From contig JAAOMT010000057.1 in the NCBI GenBank assembly GCA_016748015.1, positions 15,228-79,227 on the forward strand: a stretch of DNA of 64,000 nt. Reading direction: 5' to 3'. Source of the stretch: Geosiphon pyriformis uo1 (taxonomy: Eukaryota > Fungi > Glomeromycota). The notes beneath the pieces were generated by a model, which did not search any database, had not been told where the DNA came from, and worked only from the letters and a program-made list of their open reading frames with translations. The translations under genes were made by a program, and so were the position numbers. Positions 24,715 through 37,509 of this stretch are shown piece after piece. How positions within the stretch are numbered: position 1 is the stretch's first letter; each line of letters opens with the position of its first letter.

Positions 24715-27700
24715 TATATTTCTTTCTTTTTTATGTCTTAAATTTTCCAAAAAGTATTTTTTAAAAAAAAAGTTTTTTATTTTTTACTTTTCTGTCTTTG
24801 TTTTTCTTGTATTATTATTTTCAACATTTTTTAAACAAGTAATCCTTTTGTAGTGGACTTGATAACTGCTTTTAATAACAATATGTCTAAAAAAAAAATG
24901 CCCAAAAAAACTTTTTATAGACCTATTAAAAGTTTTTTTTCTTAGAAGTAGAGAGTTTTTATAAGCAGTATCAAATACTTTAGCAATAAAAAAAATATTT
25001 TTTTAGTTAAATCTGGTAAAAATAAAAGTATATATTCGGACATAAATAGTAAATTTAGTAATAATAATAATAAAAATGTCTTAACAAATATTGGTAGTGG
25101 TTTTTTTTTTGGTTTGGCAGCAACAACTCTTAAAACAAAAAAAATTGTTAATAACTTAAAATATGATTTTTTTTTGGTAAAATCGATTTTGACATAGATA
25201 AAAATAAAAAACCTTTTCTTTCTTTTCTTAACATATTTCTGAAGAAAAAATAGATAGATCTAAAAATAGTAAAAACTCAAGTGGAAGTAGCAATAAAAAA
25301 TTTTTTGTATTAAATATTAATCTTTTAGCTGTGAAAAAAAAATTGGCAACAACAAAAACTCAATTTATTAGAAAAAATTTTTTATTAATTAATGGTTTTA
25401 AAAGGACTACTATCTTTTCAAAATTTAAAGAAATTATTTAATCAATGTTTATATCTGAAAAAAGTATAGAAAAAGCCATATTATTGGCTAAAAATAAAGA
25501 AATTATTATAAACAACAATATCAAAAAACAAAAAATTCATTCAGATTAAGCCATAGTTATTAAAAAAATTTCCATAAATATATTAAAAAAAATAATTGTT
25601 ATAGCTCTCTATAAGTTTAGACAAGTAGTGTCAATTTATTTACAATTAATTAGGTTGTGACAAAAGACTGTGATAAAATTTGCCAAATTGGCTTAAGCAG
25701 ATTAATTGGTGGCAAAGTGGTTGTTCTTAATTGAGAAAAATTTAATGTATATGACAAAAGCCATAAAAGACTGAAATATAGTATAGGACAAAAAAAATTG
25801 AACACAAAAAACTAATTATTGTGCTTTAATTAATGGATCAAATTTTACAAAAAATATATTATTAGAAAGATAAAAAGCACATTATTTTATTAAAAAAAAT
25901 TAATAAAATATTAATATGATATTCTTTCTCCCTTATTTGCAATTATCATCTTACAACACTATTTTATTGATCTTACTAACCCAATAAAGGTAGATCCAGA
26001 AATCATTTATCACTCTTCTTCTATAAACTGCATTAACTGGTCACAATTTTCAGGCATTTACTTTTCTACTTTATTCTTAACAATAGCACACAAGTTTTCA
26101 ATAGAGTTCAAGTCGGGTGAGTTGGCAAACCAGTCAAGAACATTATTAATATTGGCAGCTATAAAGGCTTGGGAAACTTTGCTTTTGTGTTTCAAATTAT
26201 TGTATTGCTGGAACTACTACCTATGTCCAAGCATTTTTCTAATTTCAAGCAAGTAAGTATAAAGAATTTTTATGTAAAAATAACTATCTATTATTCTAAT
26301 AAAACAAAATAAACTTGTCTTTTCTCCTTTATAGAAACCACTCCAAGCAAAAACTTTTGTTTGATCTTTTGAAATGACATAGATGGGCCGTAAATCTTTA
26401 TACCAATGCTTTAGTGTGTTCCAGAATAAACAAAAAGCTGTTTTATCTGTAAAAACAGTTCAGTCCCAATTGTCATTTAAGTGTTGGTAAGTCTATTCTA
26501 AATGTTTCTCTTTATGTTTATTAGTAAGCATTAAGATGGCCTGAAAAAAGTTTTTTTTGTAACCAAGAAATACTAAATGTCTTCCAATTGTTCTATAAGA
26601 TATTTTTATATTTATTTTTGACAGCTTTGTTGTCAAAGTTTTCATTGAAATTGAGGAATTCTATTTGATGTATGATTGTAATACTCACAAAACAACTCTT
26701 TTAATCTTTTTTGGCTGATTATTTCCACCTACATGCTTTACCACCCAGTTTTTTCAAGTTTTTTAAGATATTGTAAATAGTAGAACATAATATATTTGTT
26801 TACTTCTATATTTCTGCTGCAATTCATATTTCTTGGTTCCAAAAATACAATACTATTTGTTATTGTATTTCTTGCTTGGATGTTGCCATTTTTACATGAG
26901 AATTAAAAAAAAATTAATAAAATGCACAAAAAAAATATATAAGTCAATAGCCACTTATTTTCACATTCATTTCCAACTAACCTTATCACAATTTAACTAA
27001 AATTGGTTAAACTAAATCAAATCTTGTAAGATGCATTTTTTGTCCAATTTTTTTTGTTTCAGATTTTACTTGAATGTTTAGGAATTGTTTTAAAGCATTG
27101 TTGTTTACTTTACCTATGGAAACAACTGCTTATAATCTTGGTAATTTGTTAGAAAAAACTGGTAAAAAAACTTATATTATTAACTATTTATTTGAATTTG
27201 ACAATAAAATTTGTTATACAGTTATTAGTTTTGAATCAAAAGAGAAGTTGAAGTCAGCTTTTTTTATGAAGCCTATTTTGAGTAATGTTAAACTTTTTTG
27301 GACTAGAATAAATTTAGTTTACTGTAAAAAATATGGGCATTTTGGTTATTTATTTCTTGAATGTAATTTTTTAAGTTTATTTGTCTCTGCTTTAAAAAGA
27401 GTTTATAAAAAAAATGTCTTAAATAAGAACTGCTTTTAGTTGGCTTATCTTTACACTAAAAAAAATGTTTTCATTGTTTATTTTGCTGCTTTTAATGGCA
27501 AATTCTGAAAGCAGATAATTTTTCCAATTAACAATTCTGTTGGTATTTGTTTTGGTTCTTTTTTTAAGCTCTTTTTTTCTAGTAGTTTTTATCTTGGCAA
27601 TGTTTTTTTTGTATTATAAAACATATTTTTAATTAGTGATTGGCTGGCCTCTCTAAAACATTTACTAAAATTGCTAATTGACCAGGTATTAATAATTATT

Positions 27701-29688
27701 TACAAGTTAAGCAATATAAAGTTGGTACCTTTTATATTTGTTTCCTCTTCTTTTTCTTCTATATTGGTAAATTTTTTGGCTTTTGATACAAATAAAACTT
27801 CAAACTTAGTTACAAACACTCTTATAATATCTTCTCTTTACATAAAATTGAACTTGTTTTTGAATAATCTACAGAATTTGTTTATCTTTTCTTTATTGGT
27901 TACAGTAGAAGCTCTAATTTTGGGCTTAAACAATTTAAAAATTCTAACCACCAAGATTGGAGATTTGGAATCTAAAATGATTGCTCTTAAAATTTTTATT
28001 GGCTCAGTTTTAACTAAATTAAATCAGTTATATACTAGCTTAGACTTTTTATTACTTTTATTATCTTAATAACTGATTTGATTTAGAAGTTTACTATGTG
28101 TAATATTAGAGATATAAACAATTCTGCCAAGCAAAAAGATGTCATTTGTTGATACAGAGTTAAAGGTAATTCAATATCTATTATTACAAAAATAAAAATA
28201 AAAGAAAAAGTTCATTCTTAGATAATAAACAAATTTGATGATATTAAAATCTTTATCTTGTGTGTTGATTTCAATTACATGAGTTTTGGTGTTGCTGTAA
28301 TAATTAATAGTAATATTGTTAGACATGTTTACAAAAATTCAGAGGTGGCTGGTTAGCTTTTGTTAATATGCTTACAATTTAAAAATAGTTTTCTTGTTTA
28401 TATTTTGGGTTTATATGCTGGGGTTACTCTGGAAAAAAAGTTGACTCAGTTCTGTAAAGTTAATTCAATAGTGGTTGAAACTTTAAACAATAGTGTATTT
28501 ATAGTTTTTAATAATAATTTCAACAAAAATGATTCTGGTTACAAACAAGTTTCAAGAAAATTTTGAATATAAAATTATGCAACTTTTTAGGTAGTTCTTT
28601 AGTATACAAAACACTTATGTAGTCCAATTCTAAAGAAGTTAATAAGTTTATAGACTTTATTTTAATTAGTGATAATCTTTAGAATTTATTTTTTAATCAA
28701 CAAATTTATAGTTTGAACAAGTTTTTTAATACCAATCATATAATTGTCTTGGTGAATATTGGTTTAAAAAAACTTCTAAGCTCTCAGCTCATTTTAATAT
28801 GCAAACAGGCTGTTAAAAATAAGTGAAAATTCAAAGTCAGTGGTGTTGACAAAAAGATTTAAAAGAAATTTGGAAATCTGTTGTTGGTTGCTGCTGTGAT
28901 TGCTGTTAATAACTTTAAGAGCTATAAAAAAAGATTTAACATTAATGAAATATAAGAACTGCTTGTTCAGATGTTATGCTCTGCTGTTAAAACTGCTCTT
29001 TTGAAAACATAATACAGAAACAAAAATACATTCAAGTGTGCTGTATCTTCTAAGTTTTATAAGCTAAAATTATTAATGTTTAAAATATTAAAAACATATA
29101 AATTAGATTATTTGAAAAAACTTCATTCTTTGTTCAATAAATAGTTTAAATTAGATCCAGATTATGTAGTTGAATGTAGAATATTTTTTGATAATGGCTG
29201 CAACAAATTCTTAATTAAACAATTATTGGCTTAATTTAGGAGGTTTTATAAATTTCACAAAATATCAAAAGCTAAGGCTATTAAAGACTTTTATATTAAG
29301 ACCATTATTACCAAATACATAGAAGCTTTGTTAGTAACAAAGACCAAATAATAAGAAGTGTGCTGAAATGGCTCTTTAGAAAAGTTATGCTGGACTATTT
29401 GGTTATTGATAGTAATTTAGTTTTGGAATTCAATTTGGTTATGTACAAAGTTGACTTAATTATAGAAAATTGAACCAGAAAATACACTGTTATAGATTTT
29501 ATTTTTCTTTGTTGGCAAAGGCAATTTATGCTTCTTAATTATGTTGAGGATAAAATATTTTCTAGTGTTATAAAAACTATTAATTTAGATAAATTTTTAT
29601 TGGTTAAGAATCTCTTTGATAGCAAAGCAGTTAGTCTGTCTAATATCTTTAATAAGATATGGAAGCATTATAATAAACAGTATCTTTA
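24715..29688 (+). mobile_element. LINE copy C (5' UTR, ORF1, endonuclease, start of RT), 3'-truncated, heavily decayed, contains a Tc1 insertion
   Basis: ORF1 fragments FKALLFTLPMETTAYNLG and KILTTKIGDLESK, endonuclease fragment ILGLYAG. Ends at ...IWKHYNK, near the start of RT. Confidence 0.85.
25779..27066 (-). mobile_element. Tc1/mariner (DD34E) DNA transposon, decayed
   Basis: Degenerate TIRs TAGTATAGGACAAAAAAAATTGAACA and (reverse complement) AAATCTGAAACAAAAAAAATTGGACA, with TA on both flanks. Minus-strand transposase motifs VFTD, then FQQ(D>Y)N, 34 aa, then E in WFANSPDLNSIENL. Removing it restores LINE ORF1. Confidence 0.9.
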
Positions 29689-32462
29689 ATTTTAAATTTC
29701 CATTTATCTTTATTGGTTTATTTGTATATGCTATTTAATTAAGTATCTAGAAAACCATCCAAACCAATTGAAATCAAAACAGTCTTGTAATCTATATTAA
29801 AAAAATCTGAAACAGAAATAACTTTGTAATTAGCAACAGCAGACAATAAACTTCTATTAACAAAAATGTAATCTATAATCCTTTCAACTCCTTTCAAGTT
29901 GCTTCAAATAAAAACTTTAACCAACAAATGTTTATTAAACAAATTAACCAAATTTAGATCCAAATAGAACTTGAAACTCATACTTTTCTTGGATTTATCT
30001 TTATTAAAATTTTTATTTAAAACCATAAAAGTGCTAAAGTTAACTGCTTTAGTAATAAAAAAGTTGGTATTTACAATCTAATCAAATCTAGTTTCAAAAG
30101 AAACACCAGCATATAAACCCAAAATTGTAATTAAAAACTTGTCTTTGAAAAGAAGCTGTACTAAAATAACCCAATCTAGAACTTTTTTCATCTTAAAAAC
30201 ATGTTAAGCCAAAAAATTTTTCATAATAATAGTCATTTTAGCACTGAAAAAACTTTTATTTAAACCAGATATAAAAATTTGCATTTTATTAAACTTATTC
30301 ATAACTTATGGCCTAGTACTAGATTTTAATTTTGTTTCTATGATAATGAAAATTATATTACTTATACTTGTGTACCAATAAACAATGTTTTTTTGCTTTG
30401 TATAAATATTAATATCTCAAATATTGTATATAATAAACTTTTATATTAAGCTGGTTATTAAGATAAAGAGAAAACCAAAGAACTCAAACTAAAGCACAAT
30501 TAATCTAATCTTATTAAAACCAAATTAATTAATACTTCAAAACCCACCATTTTTGATTTCAAGTCATTCACTTTAGTGATTAAAATTTTCGAATTATTTG
30601 AATTAAAATTTAAAGCCTTATTTTTTGCAATTGAAAAAAAGAGAATAAATAATACTAATAAGTTTTTTAAGACTATATTTAAGTTTAAGTTTGAACTTAA
30701 AGATACAGAAATAGTTAAAAAAAAAGTATAAGAAGCAAATATCAAAGGCATTAGTTACACAAAACTTAATTTTTATATAATATTAAACACTTAATTTGCC
30801 AAAAGCTCTAAAAAGTGTTTTAAAAAGACCAAATTAGCATTCAAAAAGAAGTCAATTAATAAAGTGAAAGAAAGTTTACCATTAGAATCTAAAGTACCAA
30901 GAAGAAAAAAGCCAGAACCAAAACCAGTAAACAAATTATTAAAAACAGAAACTGTCAAAACTATTTGAGTCCATGATTTGTTACTAAAAGCAGCAGGATG
31001 AGAAATAAAAATTTTTTTTTTTGCATACAATTTGGCCAGCTAAAAATAATTTTCATTTGAAACAAACTTTTTAAATATTCTTAAAAAAAAAATAAGAAAA
31101 CCAGAAATACTATACTTTAAAACAAAATAACTAAAATATTTATATTTTTTATATCAAACCAAATCCAATCTAATCTAACTCAAAAAAGTTTCATTACATT
31201 AAAAATTGGTTCTGTACAAAAAATAAATTTTAGCTTTTTATCTAAATTAAAACCAATTACAGCACAATAAATTTTGTTGCCAGTTTCAAATAATTAATTT
31301 ATAATGCCAGTTTTTTTACCAGTTTTTTCTAATAGATTACTAAAATTATAAGCAGTTGTTTTTATAGACAAAATAAACAAAAGTGCTCTAAACTGGTTTT
31401 TTGACATTTAGATTTTACAATCTCTTATAGTCTTTGTTATATATATTAAATTTTTTTTGATAAAGAATAACTACTTTACTGCCAATTAATTAGTCTGACT
31501 TGATTTAGCAAATTTTATTACTGTTTTTTGCTATAGTCTAATTAATTGTAATTGAATTAACACTATTTGACCAAACTTAAAAAGAACTGTAACAATTATT
31601 TTTTTTGGCATATTTATAAAAATCTTTTTAATAGCTATGGCCTAATTTAAATAAATTTTTTGTCTCTTGATATTGTTGTTTATGATAATCTTTTTATCTT
31701 TAGCCAATAATGTGGTTCTCTTCATACTTTTTTTTAATGTAAATGTTAATTAGATAATTTCTTCAAATTTTGAGGAAGTAGTGACCTCTTTAAAACCATT
31801 AATTAATAAAAAAAATTTTCTAATAACTTAAGTTTTTGCCATTGCCAATTTTTTTTTCACAGTTAAGAAATTAATGTCCAATACAAAAGATTTTTTAACA
31901 GCCACCTCAATTTGAGTTTTTATTATATTAGAATTAATCTATTTTTTGTCAAGAAAAATATTAAAAAAAGAAAAAAAGATACTTGTATTTTTATTTATTC
32001 TAAAGTTAATTATACCAATAAAAAAACCACAATTTAAATTAACATTAAACTTTTTAGCTTTGAAAATTGTTATAGCTGAACCAAGAAAAGAATTACTATC
32101 AAATTCTATCATAGTATTACTTATCTTATTGTTATTAGACTTACTATTCATATTTAAATACATGTTACTATTAAGACCAAGTTTGACCAAAAAAATTTTT
32201 TTTTTATTACCAAAATGTTTAATATTGTTCATTAAACCTCTTTTTTTTAAAAAAAAGTACCATCAATAAGATCATAAAAAATCTTCTTAAACACTTTTTT
32301 TCTAAACATATTATTACTTAAAGCAGCTTTTAGATTTATTATAAAAAAATTATTAGCTTGAAAAATATTAAAAGAAATATAACTAAAAAAAAATAAAAAC
32401 CATTTTTTTTTTAAAAAAATGCTCTTTGAGAAATTTTGAATATAAGAGAAAAAAAAGTTTTT
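29689..32462 (-). mobile_element. LINE copy D (5' UTR, ORF1, endonuclease), 3'-truncated, heavily decayed
   Basis: ORF1 is related to copy C (IKHFGNKKKIFLVK; YAKKKIFISHPAAF). The endonuclease remnant ends at KDKWKFKI at the junction with copy C. Confidence 0.85.
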
Positions 32463-32881
32463 TTAATTGGTTTTATTAATTAAATTAATTATTAAAATTA
32501 TAAAATTAATTTGTATTTTTTTTTAAAATATTAAAATAAAGAAAAAAATTTTTACAATTAAAAAAATATTGGTAATTTAAACAAAAAAATAATAAATTTT
32601 AAAAAATATTTTTGGTGTTATAAATAATTTAAATTATATAATTAATAAAAAATATTTGTTTAAATAATAATTTTTTGAAATTATTAATTTCAAATATTAA
32701 AATTAAGATTAATATAAATGTTAAATAATTAGATAATATAATTAAAAATAATATTTAAATATATATAAAAAGTATATAATTATGTTTATTTTAAATTTTT
32801 TAAATATTAAAATTATTAAAAACAATAAAAATAAAATTTATATTATAAATTTATTATTGTTATTATTATTATTATTGTTGT

Positions 32882-35007
32882 TTTTCGTTGGTATGTGCAA
32901 CAAATGGAATGCTTTGATTCGTAAGGACTTGAAATTTAAATCCAGTCTACCTCTCAATTTTCTTAGTGATACAATTCATCACTCTTCCTTTTATGATTTA
33001 AAATTTTTCTTTTAAGTTCAGTCTGAAAGCAAAGTAGTTTCTTTTGTTAGTTTTGCAAACTTGGATGGCATCTTAAATCGTTTGTTCTTTTATAGATTCC
33101 ATGACTTGCAGATCTTGTGCTGGTGCCCTGTTCATCTATTGAGTTTTCTTGTGTGTATTCATATCAGTGCTTTCGATAACTTTCTTATAAGCATAGTTCG
33201 CGTTCTTCTTGATTGCAATTTGTCCTTGGATGGCTTTTTGGCCAACCCCTTTCAGTTTTATGGTGGGGTTCCTATGTCTGCTGTTCTGAATGAGTCACAG
33301 TTTCTCAAGTTTTTCTCTTCTCTCTAATAGTATAATATTGTCTTTGTGAACCAACTTCATGATCATCATGGTTCTGTTTTTGATTGATACATTTTTAAAT
33401 GTTGAAAAAAATTAGACTCTCATGGCCCTGTTCCTGAGTGGTTTAAGCTTTTTGTTGCATTTCTTGATAGTAAAAGTTTCTCTCTTACTCACCTTCCAGT
33501 TTCAGATGATGTTGGTTCTTTGAATATTCTTGAATCTAGTGATTTTGCTTCTGTCTGTGATCATCTCTCGCAAGTTGGTGCTGACAGTTTGTCAGTGTAT
33601 ACAGATAGATCTCTTAGTAATCTGAACACAGTTGGTTGTAGAACTGGTGCTGCAGCTTTTTTTGAGGACATTGATTTGGGTTTGGGTGTTAGTGTGTCAG
33701 GTTTAATGTCATCCACTTTGGCGGAGCTGCAGGCTATTGCACTGGCTCTAAAAAGTATTCTTCCACTGAGCTCTGTTAGATTGTTTTCGGATAATCAATC
33801 TGCACTAGATGTCTGTAAGTTTGAATTAAGTCTGGCAGTTCCTGACTTTTATTATCAGTGTTGGGTCAAACATTATCATATTGTCAATATTATTCACAGT
33901 AAAAATTTGAAGGTTAGCTGGCATAAGATTAAAGGCCACTCTGGTGTTTCAGAGAATGAGTGCATTGATGCAATTGTTGATAATGCTTCTCTTTCTAGTT
34001 GATATCTTCCTTTCCATGTGGATGAACACTTTATAATGGCTGGTGGTAGTGTGGTTTCAGGCAATTTTAGACACTTTGTACATGATATTTATCATTCGGT
34101 CTGTTGTATGCACTGAGAGATTGGTTCTGGTTTCAAGTTTTTGGCAGGCAGTTTGCTTTTTGAAGTTGACTGGCTCTGTTCTTCTTTGGTTTGGCACTCT
34201 GACTTGTACATGGCTGCTGGTTTTACCAGCAGACCTTTGGCTAATACACATACTTATTTTATAAAGGCTTTGCACTACTGGCTGCCAGTTGTTATTTGAA
34301 AGCACCTGTATAATAGACTATATCTGAGTGTATTGTGCTTATATTGTGACAATATGGAGATATCAGATCATGTGTTCTCTTAAAAGATTGATGATTCTGT
34401 CTGACGTCAGTTGCTGGAATTCTATGTGGACTTCTAAAAGGCAGTTTCTGGTCTCTCTCATTCTTTTTCGGACATACTACAATTGTTGTTTTCATGTGTT
34501 TCTGACTACTTTTTGTCCATGACTCTTTATAAGAGTTTTGTTTTTAATAATTGGTTTCACAAGGTGGTCACTATCTTTCAAGATCCCAAGGTTGCTGGTT
34601 TGGAGATTGTCAAATTTGTGCACTCTATTAGTCTTGATTTTAGGAGTAATGTCTGGTTTGTTCATGCTAAACATCATGCTTTTATGGAGAAATATGGATT
34701 GATTCCTCTTAATGGTTCAGTTCTCATCTCGGTTTCTGGTTTGGCCTCAGGGTTGTCAGCTGGAGTGGTCAAATTGCTTGGCATTACTGATGCTTTTGGT
34801 GTTTATTTTGGTTTTCGCAAATCTTGTTTGTTTTTTTCAGGTGTAAGTGACTCAGTTTCAGTTCACATAGCTGTATAGTGTTGTTCTAATTGGCCTGAGT
34901 GGCTGATTATGTGTAAAAAATACATGATTCATGCTTAGTTTAGATCATTTTTGATGTATAGCACTAGGTAGTATTTGAACCTTACTTGTAAAACAAGAAA
35001 AAAAAAA
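32882..35007 (+). mobile_element. LINE copy E, 5'-truncated (RT end, RNase H, zinc finger, 3' UTR, poly-A)
   Basis: RNase H LSVYTDRS...LAELQAIALAL...FSDNQ...KIKGHSGVSENECID. 3' UTR at 34876-34992 with an A-tail. (TTA/TTG)n on both flanks, a possible TSD. Confidence 0.92.
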
Positions 35008-35374
35008 TTATTATTGTTATTGTTGTTGTTTTTATTGTTTTAGAATAATTAATTATTGAATTAATAAATTTTTGCTTTTTTCCAAAAATTATTTTTTTTG
35101 ATTTTATTATAATATTTAATATTTTTAACATAAGTGTTTAATGCTTTTTGATAATATTTTTTATGTAAAATAATATTATATTGTAATTTAAATACTAATA
35201 TTGATTCAATTTTTTTATTTAAAAAATTAACATATTATTTAATTTATTTAACTTTGGTTTTATTCAAATAATAATAATTTATATAAATTTTTTCTACTTT
35301 AAATATTATTTTTTATCACTTATGAAGCTAATAATATTAATCTCATTATAGAGTTTAAAAATTATGATATTTAA

Positions 35375-37042
35375 TCACGATAAAGAGTCGTCTAAATATG
35401 ATAGATAGTAAAATAAATATTATTGATCAATTGCACATACTGTAATTATATTCTCAATTTTGTTCAAGTTCTTACCTTCAGGCAAATATATTAATTCTTT
35501 TATAATCAACATAAATTTTTAATATTAATATATACTGTATAATAATTGAATCAATCAATTAATTACTTTTAAATTAAATTAAATAAACTAACCTTTAGAA
35601 AAATCAACTATCTGTGCAGTTAAAAGACGACTTGTATAAACTGCTTCTGGATGAATTAATGTTGTTGTTGTCGCGTCGTTCTTCAACATTCCTTTTATAT
35701 AATTTTCTGATTCTAAAAACTGGCGACACACAGTTTTAGACACTTCATCTGTAGACACCTTAAAAAGATATCGCTCATGAATCCTCGAAAGTTCAAGCAA
35801 CTTTTCCAGAACTTCTTCCGCAGTAGGACGATTCTTAGGATTAACATCCCAACACTTTATAATAATTTCGGCAATTGAAGGTGGAATAAGGGGGAAGGTA
35901 ATTTCAGGTCTTTGACCATTTAAAATATCCATTATAAGAAGGTGGTCATGAGAACGATCATGAAAAGGAGGTTTCCCTGTTGCTAATTCCCATAATAACA
36001 TTCCTAAACTATAAATATCACCAGCGATTGTAAACTTTTCTCCTCTTAAAACTTCTGGTGGAATGTATGGAATCACTCCAAATATTCCTTTCTTTTCCTC
36101 TGTTACTTTTCCTCTTGTTGTTGCGTCTATTATTATTGTTGTTGTTTCATGGTTTGTAGGTTGACATAATCCGAGGTCTCCAATCTCTACCCTATTAATT
36201 TCTGATTGTAGTATGTTGCCCGAGTGTAGGTCATGATGAATCATACCAGAAGAATGAATTGAATCAAGTCCTTCAGCTATAGAACGTGCGATCCATAATT
36301 TATTAGACCAACTAGTAGAATGAAAATTTGTTGATAAATATTTTCGCATGTCTCCATGTTCGGCAAACTCCATCACAATTCCATACTCGAGCGTTTCAGC
36401 GTTTTGCGTAATCCCCCATATTGAAGAGATATAAGTTAAGTCTTTACCGTTATTATTAATAAACATAGCTCTTTGAATATTTAACTATCAACACAGTTTA
36501 AAAAAGTAAATAGATAATATACAGTAAATAAATAAATAAATAATAGGTAAATATGAATTAAATATAAATATAAATAATAATACATTATTTACCTCTTTAA
36601 ACACTTCTGAACTGTTCGTTAGAATAATTTTTATAGCTACTTCTGTTCCTTTCAATCTTTCATATTTCATTGAACCATAATGTTTTATAGTCCACGTATC
36701 AATTAATCCATCAATTAGGGTTGCTTTATAAATTATACCGAACCCTCCTTTAGCAATTTCCTTGATATTCGAAAAACGCTCCCATGGAATCCATTCATAG
36801 TAATTCAATCTAGCATATTCATTATTATTATTATTAGGTGGAATATAGATTGGATTCTTAATGATTTCATCAACTACTTTATTGCCGCTTGAAAAGTTCT
36901 GGTAAAGTTTTTGAAAAAATATGAATTGGCATGCCGTACATGAATTCCCTTTATTATTATTTTGAATACTTTCTTGACACAGTTTACATTTGTTACAATC
37001 ATGAGCATATTGACGATGTCTATTAATTTCTTTGTTTTCCAT
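35375..37042 (-). CDS. Tyrosine-kinase-like (TKL) protein kinase, paralogue 1. Exons 37042-36593, 36484-35593, 35496-35476, 35391-35375
   Basis: AKGGFGIIY, VAIK, FKE|L, HHDLHSGN, DLG, GVIPYIPPE, DIYSLG, CWD...RP, with an N-terminal Cys-rich segment. GT-AG introns sit at identical positions in paralogue 2. No premature stops, CpGs retained. Confidence 0.9.
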
Positions 37043-37509
37043 GATGTGAATAAAGGACAAAGAATAAAATATGAATAGGTTATTATTCGAAGAGGGTTTC
37101 TTTTAAAAAGTTTATTTGATAGTACATTTAGAAATGAACAAATTTAATTAAGTAGCTATATTACACGTCAAACAAGTTTCCTAAATGAGCTAGTCAATTT
37201 ATTTATAAAAAACAAGAAGGCTTCATCAAATATATAAAAAACCTTATTTCGGATTGAAGTTATGGTTTAAATGATAATTTTTTTTGTTATTATAAAACTT
37301 TATTAATAACCACTTTTCATTTCATGTCTTTGACTTAACTTTAAATGCTTCAACCATAAACTTTCGAATTTCTTTTTTAAAAAACCAAGTGTTTTTAAAA
37401 TTTCAAACTGGTTTTATTATCAGTATTTTTTTGTTTTATAATATATATAAATAACTATTAATTATGGTGCTTGAATAATTTTATGAAATAAAATAAACTT
37501 GATAATTAT

